Part shown: in pieces, positions 50,595-62,143 of the stretch | How positions within the stretch are numbered: the stretch's first letter is position 1 | Layout of the letters: each line of letters starts with the position of its first letter | Assembly (NCBI GenBank): GCA_022813865.1 | Contig: JALDZX010000021.1 | Coordinates: 62,001-126,000, forward strand | Reading direction: 5' to 3' | DNA from: Xylographa opegraphella | Taxonomy: Eukaryota | Length of the DNA: 64,000 nt | Notes under the pieces: generated by a model | Seen by the model: the letters and a program-made list of their open reading frames with translations, nothing else | What the model was told of the DNA's origin: nothing | The model's database searches: none | Made by a program: the position numbers and the translations under genes

Positions 50595-53500
50595 CTACGC
50601 CCGAATCATCTTTCCCGCCTCCGCCTTCATCGCCACCAGCTCCTCCCCAGCAACAAGCTCGGACAACCACGCCGTCGCCTTCTCCACCACCAGCTCCCAC
50701 ACCTCCTCCTCCGTCCCCATCTTCTCCCGCAGCCAAACCACCACCAGCAGCGTGACCCAGATCTTCCGCCTCGTACCGTCCTGCAGGCCCGCCTTCTCCG
50801 GCACCCGACTCAGGCCCATGATCGCCAGCATATCCTCGCGCCAGTCCCACGAGCCCTCAAAGTCCTGCAGCGCGATGATGCGCAGTACGTTTTCCGCATC
50901 GGACGCTTGGGCCTGGTGGGACCCTGTAGCGGGAGGATATGGCTGAGGGGACCTGAGCTCCTCGTCGTCGTCGTCGTCATCGTCATCCATTACCGAGAGG
51001 CCACGGGGGTCTTCCTCGGAGTCGGACGACTCGGCGCCCCTGGTCATCGCGGATGCTTCTCTGTCGTTGCTGCTAACTGCGGACATGAGGCAGACCGTTT
51101 CGGTAATTGCCGCAGCGGCATTTCTGGCTCCACCGAAGGGGATCGCAGCTCCCGTGGTCGATGCCGAGACGGTACTGGGACGGAAAGCGGCTACAGGGCC
51201 AAAGGATGCCCTTGAGCTGGTTGAGTAGTAATCGTGAGGTATTGCAGAGAGGTTGCTGGAGGTGCCAAAGAGAGCTCCACCGGCCGTGACTGCGTTTGAT
51301 ATTCCTCGACCACGAGTGAAAGGGTTTTGGTGCAATAGGCCTGTGCTTGAAAGAGGCCGTTGCAGGGAACTGTATGGTGTAGCTTGTGACATATGCCCCT
51401 TCGGTGTCATTGACTTCTTTGCTATACCTTGCTGGACGTCGCTTTTACTGGTATTGGTACCTGTGAGAGCACAAAGGTCAGCCTGATCTGCCCGGACTGA
51501 ACTTCCGTTGACTTCGGCCGACTCTCTCAGATTCGACCTGTCAAGAACGCTCGACGTGTCCGAAGGTAACCACTCGTGATCAGGGCGTGAGGGCTTGGAA
51601 GAGAATCGACAATCCCTTCGCCCCAACAAAGCGCCTATCAAAGCGTGGTACCTTGACAAACCTGCTGATGAGGCAGCAGAAGCCTTTCTCTTCAAGCTCT
51701 GAAAACCGCCGACAACACGCATTTCACCAATTGACTTACCACTATATGCTGTTCCCGATCCTGCTTGTGCCTTTTCGTTACCACCCGCACCATCATCCTG
51801 AGCAACGGCAACGAATGAGCACCATTTACCCGCGATCCTAAACTGTACGCCAAGCCGGACGGCCTCTCGCTCTACCATGTCGCTGAACTTGCTTGGAAAT
51901 TTTTCCTGGAGGAGAGTTCCTTTATCGTCCTTCGTATCGAAAATCCATCCACGACCTTCCTCCAATTCTTGCATTATTTTCCTTGCCGCCAGCTGATGCA
52001 CGGTTTCCGCTGGCGTGGAGAGTATTTCCACCGGTATCTCAATTTCGAGAGGACCATGTGCTGATGTTCCTCGCAAGACCACTGAGGTAGGGTCCTTTTG
52101 CACCGTATTAGGTGACATGAGTAGGTAGACGGTAGTCCTGTTGAATGGGAAGAGAGGTGGAATCTTGTGCGGTGCCTGGATGAGCTTGGGAGGTGGCAGG
52201 ATGGGTAAGTCGGCGTAGCGATCACCCTTTGCAATCGGGGCCTCTTTAGCAGCTGGCTCTTCATCGGTATTGAATAGCGATATAGGAGCTTGTGGTTTTG
52301 GCTTCTCATTTTCCACTTCAGCCAAGGAGCACTTGAGACCGTCTGTCACCTTGTCGAACACGTCGATCATTTCGAACCCGTCTTCTTCAGATTCCACCTC
52401 GTACTTGACTTCCAGCGAGTAATCCGTAACGTGCGGTGATAAGGCTCCCTTCAACATTCGAACCAAACGATTTTCGAGCTTTTCACCATCTTGAACAGCC
52501 TGGGAAAACCCAATGCCGGCCCTAGCTATGCCGTCAATAAGCGCATGTGACACTCCGATCCCAATGCCCAAGGGAAATACGCGGATGCCGCCTTTGCTCT
52601 TTTCAACCTCTTCATTGAGGTACGTGAAGAGATCTTCTTGCTGCCATATATCGCCGTCGGTGAGAAGAATGATCTCTAATGGAATGTCTCTGAATCTCCG
52701 TTTGATCGTAGCCATGATAGCGGCGAATGTTTCCGTCCCTCCCATATCAGCGGCAAACCGTTCAAGATGCGAGGTCGCAGTCGCTAAGGTCTCTCGAGTA
52801 TACGACATGCTCTGCGAGAACAAGAAAGTGTGAGATGTTCCAAACGAGCAAATGTTAAACTTTACACCAAGGGGTAAGGATTTCAGCAAAACCTTCAATG
52901 CGGAAATCAACATCCGCATTTTTTCACCACTCATGCTACCACTTCGGTCGGCGACGAACACGATTTCGGGTCGCGAAGGAGGTAACGAGAACTTGGGCAC
53001 TAATGTCAGCATCAGCGCCCGGTGATTGGGAATTGTTGGATGCGTCTCAAGGATTGCTTTTGGGGTGCCATTGTCCTTCGCGAGAACGATGAGAACGAAG
53101 TCTTTCTTCAAACCCGTCTCGCCCAGAGCCAGGGTTGCTGACGCTCTTGTCATGCTGGGATCCGTCCGCGGCTCGGTTGAGGTTGTACCCATCGTCACGG
53201 CTATTGGGTGAGATGGTGATTGGATTCCTTGTATGAACGATCCCGACGGCATCAGTGCATCCACAACTATCTTAATGGACCCATCCTGGACCGAAGACGG
53301 ATTCGAAGCGCTCTCTATGTTGGACACCGAACCATAGCGAGGCGCAATACTTTTTGGTATGGTGAAGCGAATGCCGTTCGTCTCAGCGTCTTGCCTTAGC
53401 TCACAAACGTATTCAATCTCCACGATCACGGATTCGCCGGCAGGGACGTTGCCGAGCCTGGTACTGAAGACATCGGAGGCTGCAGCTGACTGCTCGAGCA

Positions 53501-53831
53501 GGCCGGCGGTCTCACCTTTGGCAACAGCTTCATCGTACGTGGTCCTGGCAGCATTCTTCTCTTCTACGATTCCCCGCAACAGGCGACCGCCGATATTGCA
53601 GGTGAATTTGACCACGCTTACTCCATCATAAAGTGGGAAGGCGTAGATACACTCCGGGACTGCATTTCCGGTATCATTGGTAAAGGTTTGATGGAGTTTG
53701 GTTCTTGAGTTTGTGGAAAGGATGGTGGCATGTGCTTCACTATCAACCGGTGGCAGGTGAGATAGACCTCTTCTATTAAAGGAATCTCGCGAGGGAGTGT
53801 AGTAGTAGCAGCCGCATCGTAAATCAGACAT
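50595..53831 (-). CDS. VIT + von Willebrand factor A domain protein (VWA5A-like), ~1078 aa
   Basis: VIT domain (QTFTND..ECIYAFPLYDGVSVVKF, AGLLEQ, DVFSTRLGNVP), vWA MIDAS EIVFVADRSGSM and LLTDG, C-terminal IIALQDFEGSW..WELVVEKA. A cryptic intron near 51739 (GTAAGT) cannot be excluded, but the ORF stays open. Confidence 0.9.
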   Translation of the reverse strand: MSDLRCGCYYYTPSRDSFNRRGLSHLPPVDSEAHATILSTNSRTKLHQTFTNDTGNAVPECIYAFPLYDGVSVVKFTCNIGGRLLRGIVEEKNAARTTYDEAVAKGETAGLLEQSAAASDVFSTRLGNVPAGESVIVEIEYVCELRQDAETNGIRFTIPKSIAPRYGSVSNIESASNPSSVQDGSIKIVVDALMPSGSFIQGIQSPSHPIAVTMGTTSTEPRTDPSMTRASATLALGETGLKKDFVLIVLAKDNGTPKAILETHPTIPNHRALMLTLVPKFSLPPSRPEIVFVADRSGSMSGEKMRMLISALKVLLKSLPLGVKFNICSFGTSHTFLFSQSMSYTRETLATATSHLERFAADMGGTETFAAIMATIKRRFRDIPLEIILLTDGDIWQQEDLFTYLNEEVEKSKGGIRVFPLGIGIGVSHALIDGIARAGIGFSQAVQDGEKLENRLVRMLKGALSPHVTDYSLEVKYEVESEEDGFEMIDVFDKVTDGLKCSLAEVENEKPKPQAPISLFNTDEEPAAKEAPIAKGDRYADLPILPPPKLIQAPHKIPPLFPFNRTTVYLLMSPNTVQKDPTSVVLRGTSAHGPLEIEIPVEILSTPAETVHQLAARKIMQELEEGRGWIFDTKDDKGTLLQEKFPSKFSDMVEREAVRLGVQFRIAGKWCSFVAVAQDDGAGGNEKAQAGSGTAYSGKSIGEMRVVGGFQSLKRKASAASSAGLSRYHALIGALLGRRDCRFSSKPSRPDHEWLPSDTSSVLDRSNLRESAEVNGSSVRADQADLCALTGTNTSKSDVQQGIAKKSMTPKGHMSQATPYSSLQRPLSSTGLLHQNPFTRGRGISNAVTAGGALFGTSSNLSAIPHDYYSTSSRASFGPVAAFRPSTVSASTTGAAIPFGGARNAAAAITETVCLMSAVSSNDREASAMTRGAESSDSEEDPRGLSVMDDDDDDDDEELRSPQPYPPATGSHQAQASDAENVLRIIALQDFEGSWDWREDMLAIMGLSRVPEKAGLQDGTRRKIWVTLLVVVWLREKMGTEEEVWELVVEKATAWLSELVAGEELVAMKAEAGKMIRA

Positions 53832-54716
53832 GATGGCAGTTGTGTTCTTGAGGAGTGTGAAATTGTTCGTGGAGGAGCACAATATTCTAAACGCAGAACA
53901 AGAAAAGCAGCAGGGTTTCCTTTAATAGTCGGCGCTAGAAAGAACTTTGTGATAGAGCTTCCATTCACCTGGATGCATCACAGTTACCAAAAGTCGATTT
54001 CCAAGGCCAGTTGCCCACGTGATACATAGATGGCTGCCTGAGAACGCTAGTTGCCTGCGTTCGAAAGCGGCTGTTCGATAACTGCTGCAGTGAAGTGGCA
54101 CAACATGTCTAAGCAACCGTACGAGACACAAGAATACTCTCTCTTCACAAGCATTCCAACGCGAAGCACTCGGGGGATCCTGGCTTTTGCGACCTCAGAG
54201 ACAGCTCAATGGTGGGAAACGCGCCACAGGGCGGAGCGGAGGAGTCATACTGGAGCCTTGCCGGCCGCCCAGCGATTCTGAGCTCTATGAGTCGGAATCC
54301 TGGACTTTGGCAACAGTCGATTCGCCGCTTTTCATTACAAGTCTTCCTTCACCAATCGACGAACAAAAACGTGCATGGGGAATTATACAACGTTCTTGAG
54401 GTACCCAAAGGTAGGTAGGTATCAGCCGAAGAATTGCTCCGTCACATCGATGAGTCCCCCCTAAGCCTGCTAAGCCAGTTCCGCCCTAGCGCCCATACTG
54501 CTTAGTCACACCACTCCCACCAATCACGAAAGCACAGCCGCCATTCCGCCTAAGCAAGCACAGCAACATCCACGACCAGCGCGCCGATCACGATCACGAT
54601 CGTTCCGATCTACGAAGCATCCTTCGTCCGCGAATCATGAAATCATGAATGATGAAACGATCAAATCCCATCCCTCCATACACCCACGCCGCTCCGTCAC
54701 CGGCACGAAAACTCCC

Positions 54717-54754
54717 TTCCTCCTCCTCCGCCTCCTCCTCCGCCTCCTCCTCCT
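54717..54754. repeat. (TCC)n imperfect trinucleotide repeat
   Basis: tcctcctcctccgcctcctcctccgcctcctcctcctc, read directly. Confidence 0.7.
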
Positions 54755-55034
54755 CAAAGTCCCTCCTTTCAGATACCCACCTTCGCCACCCCCCTGAAAC
54801 GATCCCACTCCCCCACGTTTTCCCGCCTTTCACGCATCTCAAGGAAGACCCCCACCCTTCCCCAAAGCACAAAAAAACGAAACACAGCACAGCCAATAAC
54901 AACCACCAAGCACCAAAACAAATCCAGAACAAAACAAATCCATCGCGGTCAATCCAACAACCCACCATCCCATATCCTTCTCCTCCCCATCCCCCTCCCC
55001 CATCATCCCACATCACCCCTAAACCCACCAACCC

Positions 55035-55081
55035 NNNNNNNNNNNNNNNNNNNNNNNNNNNNNNNNNNNNNNNNNNNNNNN
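55035..55081. other. Assembly gap (47 N) inside a C-rich tract
   Basis: Run of N flanked by C-runs. Confidence 0.99.
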
Positions 55082-55643
55082 CCCCCCCGCAACCCGCCGA
55101 TCTCACCCGTCCGTGCGCAGGCCATCCACCACATCACCTTACCGCATCAGTTCCAGTGACGCCGAGATTGTGCATAGCACACATAGGTACCTACCTACCT
55201 AAAGGGGAACAGGGGGGAGAGAAAATCATAAATAAGGAAGTGGCGTGCCGATCCGGACGCACGGCATGGGGGCGTGCAGGTGTGGGTTGGTTGTCGAAGG
55301 CGAGACTTGGCAACGGTGGTTAGGGAGATTGGATTAAAGCATACGACGTGAAAGACATTTATTATTATTGATGAGGCAAGGCACGTTTGGAACTGGTTCG
55401 GTGGATAGTTTGAAGCGAGTAATTAGATGCGAATGAAATGGAAAAAAAAAGACTCCTTTTATGCTATTGGTATCGAGGATGCGCTCGAACCGTCATGTCA
55501 TGCCATCGTACACCCGTCCCCTTTCCTCCCTAGAGCCCACTGTTTCAATTCCGAAGAATCGAAGAGAGAAGAAAAAGTGATGCAACCCATCCGAGCCCCC
55601 AAACCACCGATGATGCAACCCGGAACCTTCTCCAGTCACCCGT

Positions 55644-56945
55644 TTAGGTGGGCTTGGCGGCGAAGCCGAGCTGGGGCACGTTGCCGTTGAAGACGACGAA
55701 CTGCGACTTGAGGAAGATGTCGCCGTAGATGGAGAACCCGATGCCGGCGTTGGACTGGATGCCTCCGAAGCAAGCTGCGATTCTGCGGTTAGCATATCTG
55801 GCATAGATGGCAAATCGCGAGGATGGGATGACTTACTGGATCCAGAGTAGGGGGCGTAGTTGATGTAGCTGCCGGGCACGACGGCCTTGTACGAGCCGAT
55901 GCCGAGTGTGATGCTGGGCAGGGTCGCAGAGCAAGGGAAGACGTATCCTCCGGCGGAGGCGCTGTTCTTGGCACCCGAGACCTTGGCGTAGTAAGCCTTC
56001 ACGGCAGCTGCGGGAAGGTAGAGGAGCGTGGTTCCTGTGTCGGCGATGGCGTCGATGGATGAGGACACGAACGCGCCGGAGCCAACGGCGTACCCGTTGC
56101 CGGTGAACTCCCAGAAGCCGTTGGCGGTGTTGACGGGAACGTAGGTGATGCTGCCCGTGTATTCGGAGCTGTCGATGTAGCCGAAGTTGTAGTTACCGGG
56201 GGCACCCTTCTTCAAGTTGGCCGTGAACACGGGCGAGGGGAGACCTTGCGCAATGGCGTTGAAGAAGAAGGTCTTTTGCTGGTTAGGCGTCACGGTGTTG
56301 ATGCTGTCAAATGCAAGTCCGAGCAGGCCGTCGCTGGTGTCGCTCACAAACTCAGCGCTGACGGTCTTGGCAGCCTCCACAGCCTGTGCGGTCACCGTCG
56401 CCTTGCCGACAGAGACATTGTCGCTGTAGACGTTGCCACTCGCAGAGCTCCCGTCGCCGTATGAGATGGACCATGTCTCCCCGCTCAAAAGCTTGGAGGT
56501 GGTGGATTTGGAGGGAGTGTAAATGGCGTGGCCAGCCGTCTGGCTGCTTGGTTGTTCGCTCGAGAACACCCAGCTGCGAACCGATTAGACTATGCTCCAA
56601 AGAATGGAGGCGGGAAAAGCTGATGACTTACAGATCGGAGGATCCGGTGTCAAAGTCCAATTGCAAGAGCTCGCCTCCGATGGTGACGGGGCAGATATAC
56701 TCTGAATCGTACTCAGTCGGGGTGGCGACGACGGTGCCGTCCGCGGTGGCAGCAGCGAGAGCCACCTCAGGAGGCATGGTCTTGCCGTACTTGATGAAAG
56801 GAGCGGCCATGGCAGCCGGACCAGACTTGATGGTGCCAGGATTCTTGACCACTTGACCAATGGAGAAGGTCTTGCTGCTGGTTGGCGCTGCCGCACTGAT
56901 GGCGAGGAGGGCCGCGGCCACGGTGACTTGGTAGAAGGAAGGCAT
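55644..56945 (-). CDS. Secreted pepsin-like aspartic protease (A1; aspergillopepsin/penicillopepsin type), ~393 aa
   Basis: Signal peptide [21 protein letters not shown], propeptide, catalytic [11 protein letters not shown] and IADTGTTLL, flap [31 protein letters not shown]. Exons 56945-56632, 56573-55837, 55774-55644; total 1182 nt. Confidence 0.95.
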
Positions 56946-57072
56946 GTCGAATGATGGTGAGTTCGACTACGAAGGGGTTCCGGGAGAAGTGGCGAGTGCT
57001 TCAGGTTGCTGGGGATACTGTCGAATTCCTGTGCAATGCTGAGGAGCTTATGGAGCGGGTGTGGGGAGACTT

Positions 57073-57078
57073 CTTATA
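57073..57078 (-). promoter_or_regulatory. Candidate TATA box (TATAAG) of the aspartic protease gene
   Basis: The minus strand reads GGTATAAGAAG about 130 nt upstream of the ATG, followed by a pyrimidine-rich leader. Motif and position only. Confidence 0.4.
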
Positions 57079-60000
57079 CCAAGTGCTGGCACCTTTCGGA
57101 CTACCTGATCGGGATCTGGATAGAAATTGGCCACTCGGCCCCGCATTCTGGCAGGTCAGCCCCGACGATGGCAAACTATTCAGGAAGATAAGCTGAATGG
57201 CGGAGGGTGGTGTATGACGATCTCCGACCAACGGCCAATGGTCCTGATGGGGCCAGGGTCCAGGACTCAGTGGATTTGATATCTAGTTCCTGACCGTCAC
57301 GCAGAGCAAGGCGTCCGTCCGAGGGTAGTGGCTGGCTGTGAGGAAGCAGGATGTTCTAGCCAAGAAAGGGACGGCCGTTCCATGTGCTGCAGCAGCGCCA
57401 CCGGCCAGTCACCGACGGCGGTTGTCCCTTCATTGGCAGGTACCAGTAAACGAAAGGCGCTTTGCATGCCCGTAGACGACGCTGGGGGGCTTCGCGAGTG
57501 GGGATTAATGTTTTTGATGAGGGAGTCCGTCGGCCTTCGAGCGACTCGCGCGCTCGTCTAGCTTCCCACTGCAATTAGCCAAACATGATCCGTACAGGGC
57601 TAGAGCGCAAAGCTTTTCATAGCGTCACCAGGTGCCGGGGGGGATGTACGATGTAATACCAGCACATCCCGAACGTCATGCTGCACACGATCCTCCGTCG
57701 GGCAACAATCATTTGAGGCGTGAGTCGGTGACAGCAGGAGCACGAGTTGGCGGCGCCGATAAGCCGGAGACGTGGCAGCCTATTACGCTCAAGGGATATA
57801 GGCCTATTTGCGACCATTTCGCGCGACCTGCAGGCGAGCGAAGGAGCTTCTGGAAGGTGAAGGCCGCTGCACCTGGTAGCCGGCCCTCTCCTAGCCTCGA
57901 CTGGTGGTGTCGTGAGTGTCCGAGAAGGACGGCATGTAATTGGACAATTCTGGATATTTGCACCAAGAGTATCACGCCATCCAGCATCGGTCGACTTTCA
58001 CGTCGTCCACGTCTAGAAGCCGACCGCAGAGAAAGAAAAAAGGGAAATTGTTTAAGCTCAGGGTGTGGCTTGTGACCAGGGGCTGCACTAAATGAAGGTC
58101 TAGCCAGATCCGGCAGGTTCAAGAGGCCGGTGGCGGCTGTACTTCTACTACGGAACTGTGGCTGGAGAGCTTCTAGACTTCGCCCGCTGCACCTTCACCG
58201 ACTGCGAGGAGCCATGGTGCGCTCTGCTGAGAGGCGCGGCATACAAGAATAGAAGCAAATTGCGGTCAGTTTGTCAGTCAACACTCATCGGCACTGTAGT
58301 CTCAAGCAGGTATCCATCGTACTGATGCTATCGTACCCATCCTTGGAAGACGCGCTCCAAGACAAGCCAGGATCAGTGGGCGGGACGAGAGACTCTCGGC
58401 CACGGCCCCTCCCGTACGGCGTAGACGCGGAGGAAAACAGCCTGACCACCTGATCCGAGCTCCTCGTGTTCAAATACTCTACCGATGATACGGAGAGTTG
58501 ACTATCCAACTTCTCCATTCGAGAAGTGAGGAGCTGAGATCCGAAGCCAGGTGGGGCATTGCAGCGCCATCTGCGCTTGGGGGGGTTGGCCACATTGTTC
58601 TTCGCCCGACCACCTGTTCGCAGCCGAGTAGAGCAGCTCATGTTGTTTCGACATCCTACTCGGACGATGGCCGTTCTCTAGGTAGATATCCAGTGGCTCC
58701 AGGAAGTCACCACGGCCCCCGCGTTTCTATTCGCTACTGCAAGTCATTGCGGCCGCCACCAGCTGCCGTTTCGGGCCCCAACGGCCGACACGGACCGGGG
58801 CTCAACTGCAACCTCATTTCACCCTCCAACGCACCCCCGACTCCTGCGGCGAATAGTCGCTGCCCAGCGTCCGAGAGAGAGAGATAAGCCCCATCACCGT
58901 GATCACGACTTCCAACTGGCCGGACTTTGCTCCTTCATGTGATCGCGGACGTCATCCCGCCGCTTCCCGGTCAGATCGACTCCAGGATGCTTGTCTGTGA
59001 CTTGCTTTACACACTCTAACCCTTCATTGATGCTTTCGGACGTACCTGCGTCAACGGCTTGCTATTCTCCGTCTCTGGCCTTGGCATGCCTACGCATCCA
59101 CCGGTCCTCATCCTCTCCACCATTAACTGGCAGCACTAGGGCCATGTTTCAAGCCATATATGCACCAGAGGAACACGGAAACCTCTGCCCTGACGAGGCA
59201 GATCTCCGGCAATAACGGAGACTACGTTGGGAATATCAAGTCGAACTTGCCTGAGCGGGTGTAGGAGCCCGGAAGATGGTTGTTCATCATCACGAAGGAA
59301 CTATCCACAATCAAAGACTGCATGGGGCCGAGGACCCCGTCAGGCTCCATTGTCACATGAGATTGGCCACTCGTCTGCAGTCTGAAGAAGCTCTTACCAT
59401 GGTCTTGCCGCCGTCTTTGCTTCGAAGTCGAACCCGTCCGCAGCCGGGGAGTACAGACAAGGACGAAGTCGTTCCGGTAGCCTTGGCAGTCCAATGACAT
59501 GCTCGATCGAGGTCACACTGCCGAGTCCCCTGGCGCACTCGCAAACCGGGCTCATTATCTCCACACGACCACTGCCACTGACCTTCGTCAACTGGCCAGC
59601 TCATGTGCCTTCCCTCCTCTCTTCCACTTGTGCTGCATAATCTAGCAACAAGGCTGTGCAATCACCTTCCAGAACGTCCAGAATAGCTAACAAATTCGTA
59701 TAGCCGCATCGCTCATTTGCATTTCACACCCCTCATGTTCTACTGAATACATCTCATCTGTCCTCAACGCCCTCTTTGTCCGGGATAGCACAACGTTGAC
59801 AGCTCTAGACTCGGATCTGAGCGCTGACAGCTTTGTCTTTCGGTAAACAGGACTGGTTTTGTCGTGCATCCCGCAAACAAATCACATCCTCTAGTCTCAT
59901 GCACGCTATCACTCGGACCGCTCCTGCGACGAAGCTCTCGAAGCTCTCTTAGCGCTCTCCATGGCTTCGCCTGCCTCTTGCATCCGTGAAAAACCGCTGC

Positions 60001-60716
60001 CAGAGGTTACTTTAGCTCTACGACCCCGGGCTGCCCCTTCTGGAACATTGACGATGGTTCTGGCTCGCTGAAAACTAACGGCCTTCTAGAACTCCAGCTC
60101 GGACAACTAGCTGACTTCACTTAACTAATGGAGACACCGACTGCTGGCTTTGAGCGGAAAGGCCGCCGTTCACCGACTTCCTCTGCACGAGCGATCTGAT
60201 ATGATAAGATAAGCCCCTTGTCGGCCACAATCGCAAACAAGCTACATCTGCTCCCGTCGGATAAGGCATACGATGACAACAACTATCTCCTAATGGGTTT
60301 GATGATTGTATGGTTCGAGGACACCTTAGGTCTTTGGACTTATTTGTTAGGCATTCTGGGACTGCGACTCAGACCCGATTTGCTGAAATAGAGACAAAAA
60401 CCGGTCGATATCTTATTACAGTTAGAGCGACTAGTCTACTTTAGTTCCTCACGGAGCAATGCCAGTGAGTCTAGAAGCCAGCAAAGGGCCCAGACTCAGG
60501 ACCTCGGCTTCCCACTAAGGTCGGTTTTAGCGGAGTTACCAGATTCTCGCGTAACAGGTGTTGTGTTGCTTTCCGCTTCTTTCATTCCAGTCTCCTCAAT
60601 GCCCTTGGAGTTGTGAAATTTGCTTCTTCGTATTTTTGATAATGGCAAGCGGTGCGCTATTGTGTTTCTATTTCATGAGTGTTCTACGAACTGTTTATTA
60701 TGTATTTACCTTGCAT

Positions 60717-61700
60717 ATGGACGCCCATTTGGATTCGAAGAAAACAAACAACCCACTTGCAACAGCGCTGCTGAGATGGTTACAATGAAGCTCTATCGGA
60801 AGGAATTCAATCCGTTTCAGCTCATCATTCCAGTCAGTCCGATCATTCAATACTATTTTGGAAAAGTATTGGACAAGCGATACGGAGACTACCGTGCTAA
60901 CTTTGGTCGTGAAAATAACAACCAAAGAAAAGCAGTCATCGGTCTAGTGATTCAGCGTTACATGGAAGATACCGTGCTCGAAAGCTTCTCCTACTGCTTG
61001 ATAAAACATCCTGCGTATACGCGACAAGCCAGATACGGATATTCCTCCTCTTCGGTCATGATACCACCAGTAACATCCTTTGCCATATCTCCTATATTCT
61101 CTCCAGGCATCGTTGCGCCATGAAGAAGATGCGTGCCGAGCACGACTCTCTCCTTGGCAAGGACGCCACTACGGTAAGTTCTGTGATATCTAAACAGCCG
61201 CAAGTGCTTAGTGAACTTACATACACTCTTACTATCAGTAATGAAGCAATGCGTTTTGTTCTAAGCATTTTGCGCGTGCGTGGAAGGGGTCGATATCACA
61301 GCTGATGCTGGAAACATGTATCCAACTGGTGGCTGTGCGGTGTGGACTCTACATCAAGCCATCCAGCGTGACCCGACATGCTGTGAGCACCTAAACGACT
61401 ATTTCCTCGAGTGCTGGCTGGTAGGACCCGAAGACCTGCTGTACCCCGTCAAAGGCGCATGGGGGCCGTTCGAACATGGCCCCCGTGATTGTATGGGGCA
61501 GGGCCTGGTGCTGATGTAGCTGAAACTCATTCTGGCACTAACTGTGAGAGAGTTTTGACATGCGGGATGTGTACAAAGAGTGAAATGAATTACACTCACG
61601 GAAGGCGATTAGAACCGTGGAGGCGATAAGGCTTATCAGATCAAAAAGGGGAGTGCGGTCCCGCCGAACGCTTTTCTTGCAGGATTTGGTTGAGACGATA
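60717..61700 (+). pseudogene. Cytochrome P450 relic (StcS/AflN-VerA-like group), C-terminal portion with stops and frameshifts
   Basis: Fragments in different frames: DAHLDSKKTNNPLATALLRWLQ*, EFNPF..PVSPIIQYY..LDKRY, IRIFLLFGHDTTS (I-helix), MRAEHD, NEAMR (ExxR), KGAWGPFEHGPRDCMGQGLVLM*LK (heme Cys; TAG at 61517-61519), GDKAYQI. No N-terminal half recognisable. Ends are approximate. Confidence 0.8.
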
Positions 61701-62143
61701 AATACGGTCTTACCAGTAATTGTTCTTACTACCTAAGTTGCAAAAGCATTCAAACAAGTTCATGCACTTTTATATCCTTTATCATGCGCCGGCACGCTAG
61801 CAACTAAGTACTTTGTAGAGATGATAAATGACAAGGGTAAGGTAGCTATTAGCAGAGTCCGCTTAGCGACATTGACAATAAGCTGCTTACTGCTATGGAC
61901 GGCCAATAATTAAGCCATTCAACCCTACGTGATGGGCAATGTCTCCTCTGGGGTTGGCATTGGTATTAATTCGACGTCACATAGCTTAGCGAAAACCTCA
62001 GCTACCCTTTGCTTGAATTCCGATCTTTCCTGTACGTGCTTTTCCATCCGTCTGTGTCTTGATAGTGCTGATCCTACAATCGGATCATCCACACGAAGAA
62101 TCGAGAACAAGGTTTAAGCTCAAACTGCCATACATCTTACGAT

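Noticed and set aside
54594..55323. 170-aa and 224-aa ORFs across the N gap
   Set aside because: P/S/H- or G/W-rich translations of skewed simple sequence that span unknown bases.
57180..60270. Scattered GATAAG, GCCARG and SYGGRG hexamers upstream of the protease (AreA/PacC/CreA-like)
   Set aside because: Plausible for a secreted protease, but short motifs at near-chance frequency; not supportable individually.
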